From NCBI GenBank assembly GCA_029560465.1, contig JAKQKX010000073.1, positions 79,411 to 143,410 on the forward strand: 64,000 nt of DNA, written 5' to 3'. The position numbers and the translations under genes are program-made. Every line of letters starts with the position of its first letter. The first letter of the stretch is position 1. The notes beneath the pieces are model-generated. The model was not told the origin of the DNA. It saw only the letters and a program-made list of their open reading frames with translations, and searched no databases. Source of the stretch: Candidatus Omnitrophota bacterium (lineage in GTDB: Bacteria; Omnitrophota; Gorgyraeia; Zapsychrales; JANLHA01). Shown here piece after piece: positions 9,822 through 20,300 of this stretch.

Positions 9822-10171
9822 TGCGTATCACTAATCAAACAAAAAACACGCTTATTGCCGACCGAGCCCGGTTAGCCGACACGATTGTGTCGCGCTTGGT
9901 GGGGCTTCTTTCCCGGGCATCGTTGTCTTCCCAGGAAGGGTTGGTGATTACAGAGTGCCGGCAAATCCACATGTTGTTTATGCGATTTGCTATAGATGTC
10001 ATTTTCGTCAACAGGGACAACAAGGTTGTAGGGCTGGTCAGAGATATTAAACCTTTCCGAATGAGCCCGTACTTTTTTCGGGCCCAGAAAGCCATAGAAT
10101 TGCCCGTCGGGGTGATTGATTCCTCTCGAACAGAAAAAGGAGACACCCTTTTCTTGAAGGACGAAGAATAG
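9821..10171 (+). CDS. DUF192-like (COG1430) small protein
   Basis: GTG start overlapping the previous stop. Motif 'IDVIFVNRDNKVVGL ... PVGV' resembles the DUF192 family. Weak call. Confidence 0.45.
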   Translation: MRITNQTKNTLIADRARLADTIVSRLVGLLSRASLSSQEGLVITECRQIHMLFMRFAIDVIFVNRDNKVVGLVRDIKPFRMSPYFFRAQKAIELPVGVIDSSRTEKGDTLFLKDEE

Positions 10172-10191
10172 TCTTTTTTCGAGAGGCTTAA

Positions 10192-10476
10192 TTAAACCAG
10201 GTCTTCGGGATCAATGTCTTTGGCCGCCTGCTCGATTTCGTCGAGCCATCGTTTACAATGTCGGCAAATTTTTGCTTCCAGTAGTATTTTTTTCCCGCAA
10301 AACAGACAATGCTTTTTATCAAGGCTTGGAAAGTCTGTTCTTATCACGGTATCAATGATGAATTGTAAACAATGTGGACAACGGAGATTTTCTTCTGATG
10401 GGAGGATTTCGTAGCAATAAGGACATTTAATCATGGCTCGGTGCTTTTCTGTGTCGACGTCCTCTTTCAGCGCCAT
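10192..10476 (-). CDS. zinc-ribbon protein (four CxxC pairs), hypothetical
   Basis: 94-aa ORF with CPYC...CPHC...CLFC...CRHC spacing typical of double zinc ribbons. Sits in a gap between + strand genes, divergent from 10730. Confidence 0.45.
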   Translation of the reverse strand: MALKEDVDTEKHRAMIKCPYCYEILPSEENLRCPHCLQFIIDTVIRTDFPSLDKKHCLFCGKKILLEAKICRHCKRWLDEIEQAAKDIDPEDLV

Positions 10477-10729
10477 GTTTTTGTTTTTTTCTTCGATACA
10501 TTTTTTTGGCGGTCCTTTGTTTATAAAAAGCGGGGGTTCTTGTGTCTATTGCGTGGGAAGACTGAATGATACAATTATATAGACATTTTTACGTTTTTAC
10601 TAATAATACTTATTTTTTTTGGCAGGAAAGAAGTTGGTAATATCTTTGGGTTTTGGACAATAGTTCTTTGCTTTGGCAAGGATTATGTTATACTATTTTT
10701 ATTAATGTCCAATCAAATTTCTTCCATTT

Positions 10730-12433
10730 ATGGGTGTCGTATATAAACTTACACAAAGTGTTATTGATTTTATTCTGGCTGAAAAGGCCGCGAGCCCAAC
10801 CTTAAGTTGCCGGAAACTCGCCGAGTTGGTTTATAAAAATTTTTCGATTAGATTATCAAAATCTTCTATAAGTGCGGTTTTAAAAGAAGCGCATTTGAAT
10901 AGCCCTGTTGGACGAAGGACCTTGCCCGGATCTTCATGCCCCCCCCAGTTAACTAGAAAAAAGCCTAAGAAAGTTTTGATCAACAAGATCGCTTTTCAAC
11001 CTTATCCGCAAGAAGTTTTTGATGTAAAAGCTGGGATTTCTGATCTTTCTTCCTTGCCGGATGAAACTAAAAAAGCTTTTCAAGTGGTTCCTGATATTGG
11101 TTATATGTTTATAAAAGCAGCGGAATGGGAGCTCTTCAGGGAATCCTTTTTAGCAGAAATTTTTTCCGAAAGATTTTCGTTTTTTGATAAGATCCAAATT
11201 AATAGTTTGGTTGAAAAATTGCTTTATATGGAAATTTTTGAAAAAAACGACGCTTCTGAAGGTCTATGGAAAGAGGGCCTTTCTCAGAATGATAAGCGTA
11301 TATTCAACGTAGAAGGGCTTTGGTCCGAATTAAGTGGTATGGACAATTGGGCTGAAACCGTGATGAAATTTGTTGTAAATTTGCAGTATTATATGACAAA
11401 AGTGTCTTTTGTTCAGTTGAAGTTGGAAAACGGGAAAAATCTCTTCTTGGATGCGGAGGTAAGTTCAGTTTGGACAAATGATTCAGATTTGCCATTCTTT
11501 AATACGGTAAACCAAAGTACCAAAGCAATTTCTGACGAAATTATTAATAATGTCCAACCTGTAACGTTTTGTTTTTGTCCAATCTTAAACATCAAAGAAA
11601 ATCTTTCTCAAAAAGTATATTGTGCTCAACAATTTTTAGATTTATGTGCGACCTTTGATAATAAGGAAGGAAAACGAATTCTTCAAATTTCCATGTTGGA
11701 TTCCGAGATGAACGAAATAGCCTGTTTTGGTTCGATTCCACCGAAGAAACGGTATTTCATTACCTGTCTTTGGCCTTGGCAACCAGAATTTCATCCTTTA
11801 TTGAGAGCTATTAGAGCAAACAGATTAGAAAAATTTATGGATCCTTTTTTTGAAACCTGTGTGTATTTTTTTGAAACTTTTACCACCCTTCCTGTTGATG
11901 ATGACTTTCAGCCAAGATTAGGATTGAGGGTCTTTCCTTTAAAAGAAAATCGAATGTCAAGCCCCTTTGGGATTATATTAACGAATGCCCCTAATGATTT
12001 GTATCCTGCTAGTAAGATATTAGAGCGATATTGTCGTCGATGGCCAAATTTTCAACGAGGATTTAACTATTCTGTTGGAAAAATTAAGGCGAAGGATTCC
12101 CAATTTTTGTTATTTCAAGGAAATAATTTTAATATAAATAAAAATATTAATATTAAAAAAATTTTCGCCGACTTTTTAGCTCATTACGCTTGGCATACTT
12201 ATTTTTCATCCGGGAAAAAAAGTCTAATTCCTGTGCACCTGAAAGACATTATCCTTCCTTTGTCTGGAACGATCACGGTTCACCCCGAGTCGAGGCAGAT
12301 CCTTTTGATGCCGAGCAGTGATTATGCCTGCCTCGAGGAACTTAACTCTGCTGTGACTCGGATTAATGAAAGAAACATCGTGGATTTTTATGGCAAGCGG
12401 CTGATGATGAAGATCGTTTCTCGTCGACAATAA
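10730..12433 (+). CDS. hypothetical protein with N-terminal HTH-like domain
   Basis: 567-aa ORF. The N-terminal ~60 aa 'LTQSVIDFILAEKAASPTLSCRKLAELVYKNFSIRLSKSSISAVLKEAHL' resembles HTH domains of IS630/resolvase type. The remainder has no motif I recognise. Confidence 0.5.
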   Translation: MGVVYKLTQSVIDFILAEKAASPTLSCRKLAELVYKNFSIRLSKSSISAVLKEAHLNSPVGRRTLPGSSCPPQLTRKKPKKVLINKIAFQPYPQEVFDVKAGISDLSSLPDETKKAFQVVPDIGYMFIKAAEWELFRESFLAEIFSERFSFFDKIQINSLVEKLLYMEIFEKNDASEGLWKEGLSQNDKRIFNVEGLWSELSGMDNWAETVMKFVVNLQYYMTKVSFVQLKLENGKNLFLDAEVSSVWTNDSDLPFFNTVNQSTKAISDEIINNVQPVTFCFCPILNIKENLSQKVYCAQQFLDLCATFDNKEGKRILQISMLDSEMNEIACFGSIPPKKRYFITCLWPWQPEFHPLLRAIRANRLEKFMDPFFETCVYFFETFTTLPVDDDFQPRLGLRVFPLKENRMSSPFGIILTNAPNDLYPASKILERYCRRWPNFQRGFNYSVGKIKAKDSQFLLFQGNNFNINKNINIKKIFADFLAHYAWHTYFSSGKKSLIPVHLKDIILPLSGTITVHPESRQILLMPSSDYACLEELNSAVTRINERNIVDFYGKRLMMKIVSRRQ

Positions 12434-12603
12434 TATATTTTTACCCCAAGATTCAATCCTTGACATTTTGTAATATATTATGATATACTTCATTCAACGT
12501 TGGGAAATAAATGACAGGTCATTATATGACAAATATTTTAAGAACCATAGTTCAGTCTTTGGTGAGATTTTTAAAAGCGTTGGTTGATAAGCCCGCTTTC
12601 TTT

Positions 12604-12645
12604 AACAGGCTTCTTTATATAAATAAAGAAGCCTGTTTTGTTTTA
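12604..12645 (+). terminator. Rho-independent terminator (perfect 14-bp stem, 6-nt loop, T-tract)
   Basis: AACAGGCTTCTTTA-tataaa-TAAAGAAGCCTGTT followed by TTGTTTT. Lies 170 nt downstream of the 10730..12433 stop. Confidence 0.6.
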
Positions 12646-12833
12646 GCTCTTTCATAATTTTAAAAATTGCTTTTTACCCCTTTGTGGGGTTTAATCCGTT
12701 AGATTTGGGTTGTTTTTTGTGGGCCCAAACTAATGGATACCGGAAATATCCGGTAATATAGCCCGTAGTGAATCCACTCTTTGGTTGCAAGAGTTGGGTA
12801 CGAATCATCTGGGGGCACGGAGGTGAGGGCGCG

Positions 12834-12992
12834 ATGGGGCATAATAAGGGTAAGCAAGAAAAAGGACAAAACATAGTTGAATATGCCATCGTCGTGGCCT
12901 TGGTCGCATCAGCCATGCTTGCCATGAGCACCTACGTGTTTAGATCTATTCAGGCAACACAACAGGTGATTTCAGAAGGATTCAGAGATTAA
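12834..12992 (+). CDS. flp: Flp/Fap-type pilin (pilin 1)
   Basis: 52 aa. 'GQNIVEYAIVVALVASAMLAM' is a G/XXXXEY Flp prepilin processing motif plus hydrophobic helix. RBS GGAGGTGA 7 nt upstream of ATG 12834. The ORF track's longer start at 12768 adds non-pilin N-terminal residues. Confidence 0.7.
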   Translation: MGHNKGKQEKGQNIVEYAIVVALVASAMLAMSTYVFRSIQATQQVISEGFRD

Positions 12993-13056
12993 AATGGCGG
13001 AATGGAAAACCGCCTAGCTTTGAGTGGTATGGATCAAACTATAGGAGGAATTACTA

Positions 13057-13263
13057 ATGGTATACAAGAACAGAAAAAAGAAAGGGCAAAGCACCCTCGA
13101 GTATATTATCCTGGTGACAGGTGTTATTGCCATTCTGATTATTTTCTTAAACCCGACTAATGGTATTTTTAACACAGCGTTTAATTCAACCTTGCGTACG
13201 GGTACGAATGGCATGTTTGATATGGCCAATCGGTTACAAACATCTCGTTATGATAATCCGTAA
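13057..13263 (+). CDS. Flp-type pilin (pilin 2)
   Basis: 'KKKGQSTLEYIILVTGVIAILIIF'. RBS AGGAGGA. Confidence 0.7.
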   Translation: MVYKNRKKKGQSTLEYIILVTGVIAILIIFLNPTNGIFNTAFNSTLRTGTNGMFDMANRLQTSRYDNP

Positions 13264-13302
13264 TTAATTATCAAGAGACAAAAGTAAATGGAGGAAACAT
13301 AA

Positions 13303-13677
13303 ATGTTTAGAAAGTTAATTAAGAATAAAAAAGCACAGCAAACAGCCGAATACGCGCTGTTAATTTCTCTTGTTGTCGCGGCGGTCATTGCTATGCAAAC
13401 TTATGCGCAACGAACCATTCAGGCGAGAATTCGTGACGCTTCTGCCTATTTGACAGACTCTACAAGCGCCTTAGGTAGAACCAACCAGTATGAACCTTAT
13501 TATCTGGAATCTGATTACAATGTCCTGCGTGATGACAGGGAAGAAGAATTGCAAGGGCAAAGAGCCGACTCCTCTGGGTTGTTCCAGTTAGACACAACCA
13601 GCAATAGAACTCGCGCAACCGGCGGTTATCAGACATCCAATTATGACACCAATTTTGGTGTAATTAATGGTATCTAA
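13303..13677 (+). CDS. Flp-type pilin with extended C-terminus (pilin 3)
   Basis: 'KKAQQTAEYALLISLVVAAVIAM' (Ala at -1 instead of Gly), then 'QRTIQARIRDA'. RBS GGAGGA. Confidence 0.65.
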   Translation: MFRKLIKNKKAQQTAEYALLISLVVAAVIAMQTYAQRTIQARIRDASAYLTDSTSALGRTNQYEPYYLESDYNVLRDDREEELQGQRADSSGLFQLDTTSNRTRATGGYQTSNYDTNFGVINGI

Positions 13678-13730
13678 GATCCAGATAACTTAGTGTAACG
13701 AAAATCTGAATTTTAAGGGAGGAATTTTCA

Positions 13731-14051
13731 ATGTTTAAGTTTCTAAGAAAAATAAAAGGGCAAAGTACTTTAGAGTACGCCGTCTTGATTATCATCGTCA
13801 TCGGTGCTCTTTTATCTATCCAGGTTTACATCAAAAGAGGTGTTCAGGGTAGATTAAAGAGTGCAACAGATGACATCGGTGATCAATATTCACCGGGCAA
13901 CTCAAACATCCGTCGTGTTGTGACTACAGTTAGCAATACTGCTGAAACGTTCACCTATGGTGTTTCTTCAACAACCTTGAACACGGATGAAGTTACCGAA
14001 ACATTGCAGAACCAGGTTATCATTAACGCCGAACAGGAATTCTGGGGTTAA
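13731..14051 (+). CDS. Flp-type pilin (pilin 4)
   Basis: 'KIKGQSTLEYAVLIIIVIGALLSI' followed by the conserved 'KRGVQGRLK'. RBS AGGGAGGA. Confidence 0.7.
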   Translation: MFKFLRKIKGQSTLEYAVLIIIVIGALLSIQVYIKRGVQGRLKSATDDIGDQYSPGNSNIRRVVTTVSNTAETFTYGVSSTTLNTDEVTETLQNQVIINAEQEFWG

Positions 14052-14173
14052 TTTTAGTTTATTAGATAACCAGAATGTTTTAAGCTAAATAAAGTATGGC
14101 TTACTTGAGGGGGAGAACAACTTTCGGGTAAGCCATACTTTATTTATAATCAGTTTGAACATTAAAATACTCT

Positions 14174-14566
14174 ATGAAACTTAACAAGAAGGGCCAAAAT
14201 TCTTTTGTTGAATATGCCACGACTTTTTTTCTGGTTGTTTCGATTATTTCGGTGATGGGCACGTATGTCCGTCGAGTATTGCAGGGGCGCACAAGAGACG
14301 CCCTGTATTATATGGCCGGCACCGTGCAGGCGGATTATAATTGCGGTGGAGCCGCAGATTGCGCCCTTCCGAATCATGGCTCTTTTTATTTTCAATATGA
14401 GCCGTATTACAGCAATTCAACGACAACGCGATATACGGACACGACCACGACCATGACAGAACAGGGCGCCTTTCCTCTGGGGTCGGGGATCGTAGAGCAG
14501 ATTTTTAATCACCAGATTAGCGCCATAACAAACCAAACGCAGTTGCCACCGGCTTTGGCTGATTAA
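14174..14566 (+). CDS. Flp-type pilin (pilin 5)
   Basis: 'KKGQNSFVEYATTFFLVVSIISV' then 'RRVLQGRTRDA'. Confidence 0.6.
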   Translation: MKLNKKGQNSFVEYATTFFLVVSIISVMGTYVRRVLQGRTRDALYYMAGTVQADYNCGGAADCALPNHGSFYFQYEPYYSNSTTTRYTDTTTTMTEQGAFPLGSGIVEQIFNHQISAITNQTQLPPALAD

Positions 14567-14586
14567 TTAAAAATTTTAATAAGAAT

Positions 14587-14925
14587 ATGAGAAGAAAGTA
14601 TAAGAATTCCGCGCAAACATTTTTAGAGTATGCTATGCTAGTGAGTGTCGTTGTCGCGGTCCTGATTTCTCTTACCCCGTTATTGCGCAGAGGGGTCCAG
14701 GGGATGATTCGGGTTGTTTCCGACCAAGTCGGCAATCAATCCGGCGCGGAGCAGCCCGGCGGGCTCGATGGGCATTTGGTTGAGCAGATAATAGACGTGG
14801 ATCAAGCCTCCGTCAGGCGGCGGAGGGAAGATTTTGGAGAGACGCGGGTGGATTATGACGGCACGGTGTCACAAACAGTTACGACCACAACCACGAATTT
14901 AGGATTTCAGTATAGAGATAACTAA
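14587..14925 (+). CDS. Flp-type pilin (pilin 6)
   Basis: 'NSAQTFLEYAMLVSVVVAVLISL' then 'RRGVQGMIR'. Confidence 0.65.
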   Translation: MRRKYKNSAQTFLEYAMLVSVVVAVLISLTPLLRRGVQGMIRVVSDQVGNQSGAEQPGGLDGHLVEQIIDVDQASVRRRREDFGETRVDYDGTVSQTVTTTTTNLGFQYRDN

Positions 14926-14950
14926 AAGGCTTTAAAATGAGGGTACGGGC

Positions 14951-15259
14951 ATGAAGTTATTACGAGGGCAAAGCACTTTGGAATATGTGACGCTTATTAC
15001 AATTATTTTAGGGGTATTCCTGGGGATGGGGACTTATTTTAAAAGAGGGGTTCAGGGGCGGTGGAAGGAATCCGTTGACGGAATGGGCGACCAATACGAC
15101 CCGCGGGTGACTAATACAGATATTACTGAGCGGGCGAGTGGGTTTTCCTCCACGCGTATTACCACAATCCCGGTTAACGCCGGGGTCTGGACAATGCGGG
15201 ATGACGATTCCAACATGCTTGAAGAAAAGTACGGGGCGTCAAGAGTGGCCGCCTATTAA
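14951..15259 (+). CDS. Flp-type pilin (pilin 7)
   Basis: 'LRGQSTLEYVTLITIILGVFLGM' then 'KRGVQGRWK'. Confidence 0.7.
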   Translation: MKLLRGQSTLEYVTLITIILGVFLGMGTYFKRGVQGRWKESVDGMGDQYDPRVTNTDITERASGFSSTRITTIPVNAGVWTMRDDDSNMLEEKYGASRVAAY

Positions 15260-15279
15260 TGAAACGTAAATTTTAAATT

Positions 15280-16995
15280 ATGAAATGTGACAAAGGAAAG
15301 ATTCGGAACCCTCGATTAGGCCAATCAGGGACGGAGTTGGCTATCTTTGGGGCCATGCTTATTTTTATAATCGGTTCCATTATTAAAGCGGGACTGCAGG
15401 TTAGTATGCTTAACAATATGCAATTACGAGCTTTGCGCCTTGCCTTGAGCGAATCTTACCGGACGTCCGAAGGCGAGTACATTGGTTTTGCTGGGGACGA
15501 AGGCGCGAACTCCCGGAACGTGGCGTCTATTGTTATTTTGGAAGACAGATTGAATGTGGATGCGGGTAAGAAATTCGGGTCTCGGGACAGGTTCCCGATG
15601 ACAGCCAGCGCCAGCGCTTCTATGACAAAAAATTTATTCCGTCCGACAGATTTTGGAGATCGCCGGGACCTGCCGGTGTCGGATATTTATATTAACGGCC
15701 AACGCTTTCCGTTATTAGGGGCGGATTTCAAAACAGTCACCCTTGCCAACGCTGACGGAAGCCGACCTGCCTGGATACCAGCGTGCAATGGCGCGGCACC
15801 GGCATATTTTAATTCCAGCGCCCCGCCCGCGAATCCTCCCTACGGAATGTGCTGGTGGAATAGCTGTGTTACTTATTCGAGTTGTGTTTATGTGGGATAC
15901 GGGGGCAATTATGAATTAGGTTACATGGGGGAATGTGTTATGGCAACAGGAGGGGCCGGCACGGGAGAGTATGATTTGGTGACAAATTCTGCGGGATGTT
16001 CGTTGCTGTTTACTATATCAGGCAATTATCCTAAGAGTAAAACGTGTTGTTTTGGGACCACATGTCAAAAAAATTGTAATAATCTTCCTCAAGACGTCCG
16101 TTTTGATTATGATTTTGACGGCGTATCTGATGTGCCTGCCGGGAGCCGGGACGGACAATTCTGGCAGTGGTTTTTAATCGCCGGGGTAGTTGACGGAACA
16201 GCGTTAACCTTGCCGTGGGGTGGCGTGCCGGGAATTTATGTTGATCCCAGCGGAGAGAAGGAATCGAAGAACGACAGCGTTGATGTTGACGGCGATTATT
16301 ATGAAGAGTCTATCCTTAGTTATTCTGCCTTGAGTTCTGGCGTTCTTCGAACCGTGAACGTGATTGACGGGGAGGAAGGAGATATGACCAGTTCATTCCT
16401 TTCGGATGCCCGTCAAGCCGGGGAATGGCGTTTTGCCGGGACCATCGGAGGCTCTTGTGGAGTTGAGCCGACAGGGAATTGCGTTATCGGATCAACGACG
16501 ACCGGAGAGAATGCTCTGGGGGTGTGTTCGAATTATAAATGCCTTGCTCGTTCAGTTGGTTTTTCTGAGGGCGCGCAGGTTTATACATTTACGGAATCTA
16601 ATCCAGGCCAAGAAACAGGTCAGGGAATGTATCTTCGGACGGAAGAAGGCCCGATTTTTAATGCCAACATGTCGCAATACACCCGGAGCACGGAAAGGCA
16701 TGACCAGCTAGATGTTGTGGAGCGGTTGGTTCAGCTTACCAAGGACACGGGCAGGTTTTGTGCCGACGATGTTAATCCTCGCGTCTGGGGAACTTCGGCG
16801 TGGGCGCGCGATAATGGGCTGTATGGAATTCAGAATCCGGTCGAAGTTTGTACCCGGCCCAGCACGGGAACCAATTGTTATATGGGGGGCGTCGCACAGT
16901 TGACATGTTTTGACAGGGACAACTTGATGTTGTTTGTCAGGAGCCGGATTGCCGATCTTAGAGGGAGGCGTTGGATAAGAAGATACGCCCCGTAA
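15280..16995 (+). CDS. TadE-like pseudopilin with large Cys-rich extracellular domain
   Basis: N-terminus 'GQSGTELAIFGAMLIFIIGSII' matches the TadE-family signature (G/XXXE[LF]A + hydrophobic helix). The 571-aa body has about 25 Cys in clusters (CWWNSCVTYSSCVYVG, CCFGTTCQKNC). Confidence 0.6.
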   Translation: MKCDKGKIRNPRLGQSGTELAIFGAMLIFIIGSIIKAGLQVSMLNNMQLRALRLALSESYRTSEGEYIGFAGDEGANSRNVASIVILEDRLNVDAGKKFGSRDRFPMTASASASMTKNLFRPTDFGDRRDLPVSDIYINGQRFPLLGADFKTVTLANADGSRPAWIPACNGAAPAYFNSSAPPANPPYGMCWWNSCVTYSSCVYVGYGGNYELGYMGECVMATGGAGTGEYDLVTNSAGCSLLFTISGNYPKSKTCCFGTTCQKNCNNLPQDVRFDYDFDGVSDVPAGSRDGQFWQWFLIAGVVDGTALTLPWGGVPGIYVDPSGEKESKNDSVDVDGDYYEESILSYSALSSGVLRTVNVIDGEEGDMTSSFLSDARQAGEWRFAGTIGGSCGVEPTGNCVIGSTTTGENALGVCSNYKCLARSVGFSEGAQVYTFTESNPGQETGQGMYLRTEEGPIFNANMSQYTRSTERHDQLDVVERLVQLTKDTGRFCADDVNPRVWGTSAWARDNGLYGIQNPVEVCTRPSTGTNCYMGGVAQLTCFDRDNLMLFVRSRIADLRGRRWIRRYAP

Positions 16996-17014
16996 GGATT
17001 ATAGGTGAATTGTT

Positions 17015-17314
17015 ATGAAAACACGGAAAAGGAATCAAAGGAAAAAGCTTTATAAATGGCCGGGACAGGTGTCTTTGGAGTTTATGTTTGGGATGATCGG
17101 TGTCGTTTTGCTTGTGGTCGGGATGATTCAGGTTTTTGCCTGGACAGGCAATGACCTGATGAAACGTTTTAACTCTCATGAAGCTCTTTTGGTTTCTCCG
17201 GTTGGCACTTCTCAACCTGCGGCTCCTTTAGAACAGGTCCGGCCGATGTTTTATTCGGTCACAAAAATAAACGCAACGGTTAATAGCAATATTTTTGGAG
17301 AGGAAGCTCCTTAA
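17015..17314 (+). CDS. small TadE-like pseudopilin
   Basis: 'WPGQVSLEFMFGMIGVVLLVVGMIQ' pilin-like N-terminus. 99 aa. Its 3' end overlaps the next ORF start by 20 nt. Confidence 0.45.
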   Translation: MKTRKRNQRKKLYKWPGQVSLEFMFGMIGVVLLVVGMIQVFAWTGNDLMKRFNSHEALLVSPVGTSQPAAPLEQVRPMFYSVTKINATVNSNIFGEEAP

Positions 17315-20300
17315 TTCTAAATTTATTACCCCGGGGGTCAAGTTGTTGCATGTTTTTTACAAAGGCGTAAGGCGAGTCCGAAGATGGCAACATAAAAAGC
17401 GGAATGCTTTTTTCTTTGTTCCCAACAACAGCGGTGATTCCACAAGAATGCCGCCTCGGCATGTTGCCGGGCAAGTCGGGCTGATCCTGATTCTGGCCGC
17501 GGCCATAGGGCTGATTTTATATGCGGTCACGATTAATATCGGCAGGATTTCTCAAGGCAAAACCTTGACTATTATTGCCGCCAACACGGCGGCATCCAAG
17601 ATGGCGTCGTTTATCGCCAGTTATGGCCAAATGCTTTTTATGACGTCTTTGGGGGGAGAAACAAAAATTTGTGCCTGGACCGGATTTTTAGTAAAGCTCA
17701 TTGCGGCCATTATTGTTGTGGTCATTGTTGTTATTTGCGCCGCTACCGAACAATGTGAGGGATGGGGGTTAGCCGCTGCGATTGTCGCGGCGGTTCTTGT
17801 TGTGGCTGCCGCGGTTATTGATGTCACAATAACCCAGCCGGGCATTACGTCCATGTGGAACAAAATGATGAAGGACTCGATGGGGCCGAAAGAAATGGCC
17901 GTGGAACTGGGGGTGCAAACCGCCTTGATGACAGCGGTGAATGACCCTGCCCAAATTCCGGATTTATTCGACTTTGACACTGACGGTTCTTTTGGCAATT
18001 TAGCGGACCCTCTTAATAAAACCACGGCCCCGGATTATATTTCCCGCTTTGCGTATTATTATACCCGCCGCCTTCAAGGTATTCCTGATTTGAATCTTAC
18101 GATCATTGATGACTTCTTGTCTGCGTTGACGGATTTCTTGTTTGGAGGCGATCCCAATCGCTGTACGGTTTGGGGGTGCGACACGGATGATTGGGGCCTT
18201 ATTGATCCCCTAGATTGCCTGTTAACTCCCGGGCACCCCTGTTGCCCGGCCAATCCCGTTGGGAACATGCGTTTCCCGGCCATGTGTGACCCCTGTTGCG
18301 TCATTAACGATCCAGACCTTCGGCCAGCGTGCTGTGCTACGGGAACTTGCGTGGAGGACGAGGGGTTTGCCGGCGGGGATCCAAACACATGTGATGAGAG
18401 AAGCCCTTACCACACCCCGCTTCCTCCCGCAGCGCCAAACGCAAGCTTGACGTACCCGTATATTTTTAGAGGCATAAATGAAAACTCCACGAACAATAAA
18501 AACAGTTCAGGCGCTTGGGTTCCGGCCAATATTTCTTTTCGTGAATGGCTCGGCTTTGACGACGAGCATCATCAATACGCCGTTAATCCGGCCCGGCCTA
18601 ATTGGCATTATTTAATTGACGGAACCGGGGCGAATTTAGACCACTCGCAGTTGATCCGTTCCGCTCCGTTGGAGTATGATTTTTATATGGAAGACGCAAC
18701 CGGTTATTATTTGAATGACGAGAGGCCGGGGATTTTTCCGTTTTTCTATAAACTGGCGGACTGGGGTATGGATTTACAGGCTTTGACCTATGGCGCCCTG
18801 ACGCCGGATCCGCCTGATCCTCATCCGGTCCGGGATAACCTTGAGTGCCATTTATGCGATGTAGACGGGATTGCCGCGGGCACGGTCCCTGCGGTTTGCG
18901 CCGGAATGACGTATCCTTCTGAAATTGGTGTTGCGCTTGAACTTCCCGAAACTCCGGATACAGCGCTTTATAGCGGCGGCTGGTGTGTGGATGCTGCGAA
19001 TACCGGAGCCGACGGCGACCCACCCCAGTTGTTGGACGTGGTCCCCAATATTGTTGATCTTTTAGCCGATGATGCTGTCTGCGCTCAGGATGTGGGCGGC
19101 TGGAAAAGAGGGGCTGATCAATTCTGTGATCCGCCTGACCAGTGGCCTTATATGGCCGAATGCATAAAAGCCGGTGGTCCTTCCGGCGGGGGGGGGCCAC
19201 CTTGCGTGGAGGTCGATCCCGTAAGTGGGACTTCTTGGCCGGTTGATTGTGCTTGCGGAACCGGCGGGGCTTTGCCTCCGACGCCTCCCGTAGACCGGAC
19301 GTTGGCCGCGAACAACTTTCAATATGTGACCACCAACTGGCCTGATGATAAATTAGATGATTTTATCTATGGATTGCCGGAATTCTATGAATGGGCGACA
19401 ACCCTTTTTGGCAAAGATAAGGATACTTTAGAAGACACTTTCGATGATTGGTATGAGGAAGCCGCTACTTGGATTGAAGCGCCGTGCCCGAGCGGTAATG
19501 CTGCGGATTGTGCGGGAAGTTGTACCGGAGACGTGGATGGCGGATACTGGTATGTCTGGCGCGATGATTTGGGCTCTTTCTATACTCCAATTGTAAATTG
19601 GCTGAACCCACCCGATGCGGATCTTTATGTTGGTTCCGGGTGTTTTACGAACAGCTCCGCAGACCCGGCGGTTTGGTGTGTTCCTCCGCCTCAAGCGGCC
19701 GCTAATAAATATGCGGACCCCACATATCTGGGTTTTCAGTCAGGATATAACGGGTTGGAATGCCCTGGAGTAAGCCAGGAGGAACAGGCGTCTTTTGACA
19801 TTAGCGCAGATGGCCGAGGCGACATTGAAGATGTTATTGCGTGTTTTAATTGGAACCTTTTTGATCCGGCTGAAGATCCGTCCGGGGCCCCAATTATTCA
19901 CCCTGTAACCGGGGCGCAGGCTGTAGGAAATTTTGAAAAATTTGAGGCGTGTAAGTGGGATTGCGACAATAATCCGGTTAATTCCATAAACAGCTGTCCG
20001 ATCTTGCCCAGGTCGCTGGTGCCGGGGTTTGATGCTTTAATATTTACGGTTCCAATGCCCGAAGCAGATTTGATCGCGTTAACATTGTGTTTAGGAACAG
20101 AATCGATTCCAACCTGTAATGATGATTGTTCGTCGTTGCCTGGCGGATATGGCATCCCCGCTTTTGTTCCAACGTCCGATAACGCGGCCCTTCCGGCGCC
20201 AGACACGTCTTTGTTGACCAATTTAAGGGCCCTGTATGCTTTTTGCGAGGCGAATCCAGCTTCAAGTCTTCCAAACCAGTGCCGGGACCAGGGGACAACG

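Noticed and set aside
10730-12433. Calling the 567-aa protein an IS630-family transposase or mobile element
   Set aside because: Only the N-terminal HTH resembles transposase or resolvase DNA-binding domains. I could not find a DDE triad or terminal inverted repeats by eye. Left as hypothetical.
12768-12833. Longer start (12768) for the first Flp pilin
   Set aside because: ATG 12834 has a GGAGGTGA Shine-Dalgarno at the correct spacing and gives a typical short Flp leader ending in G/QNIVEY. The 12768 extension lacks an RBS and adds an atypical Cys/Trp-rich leader.
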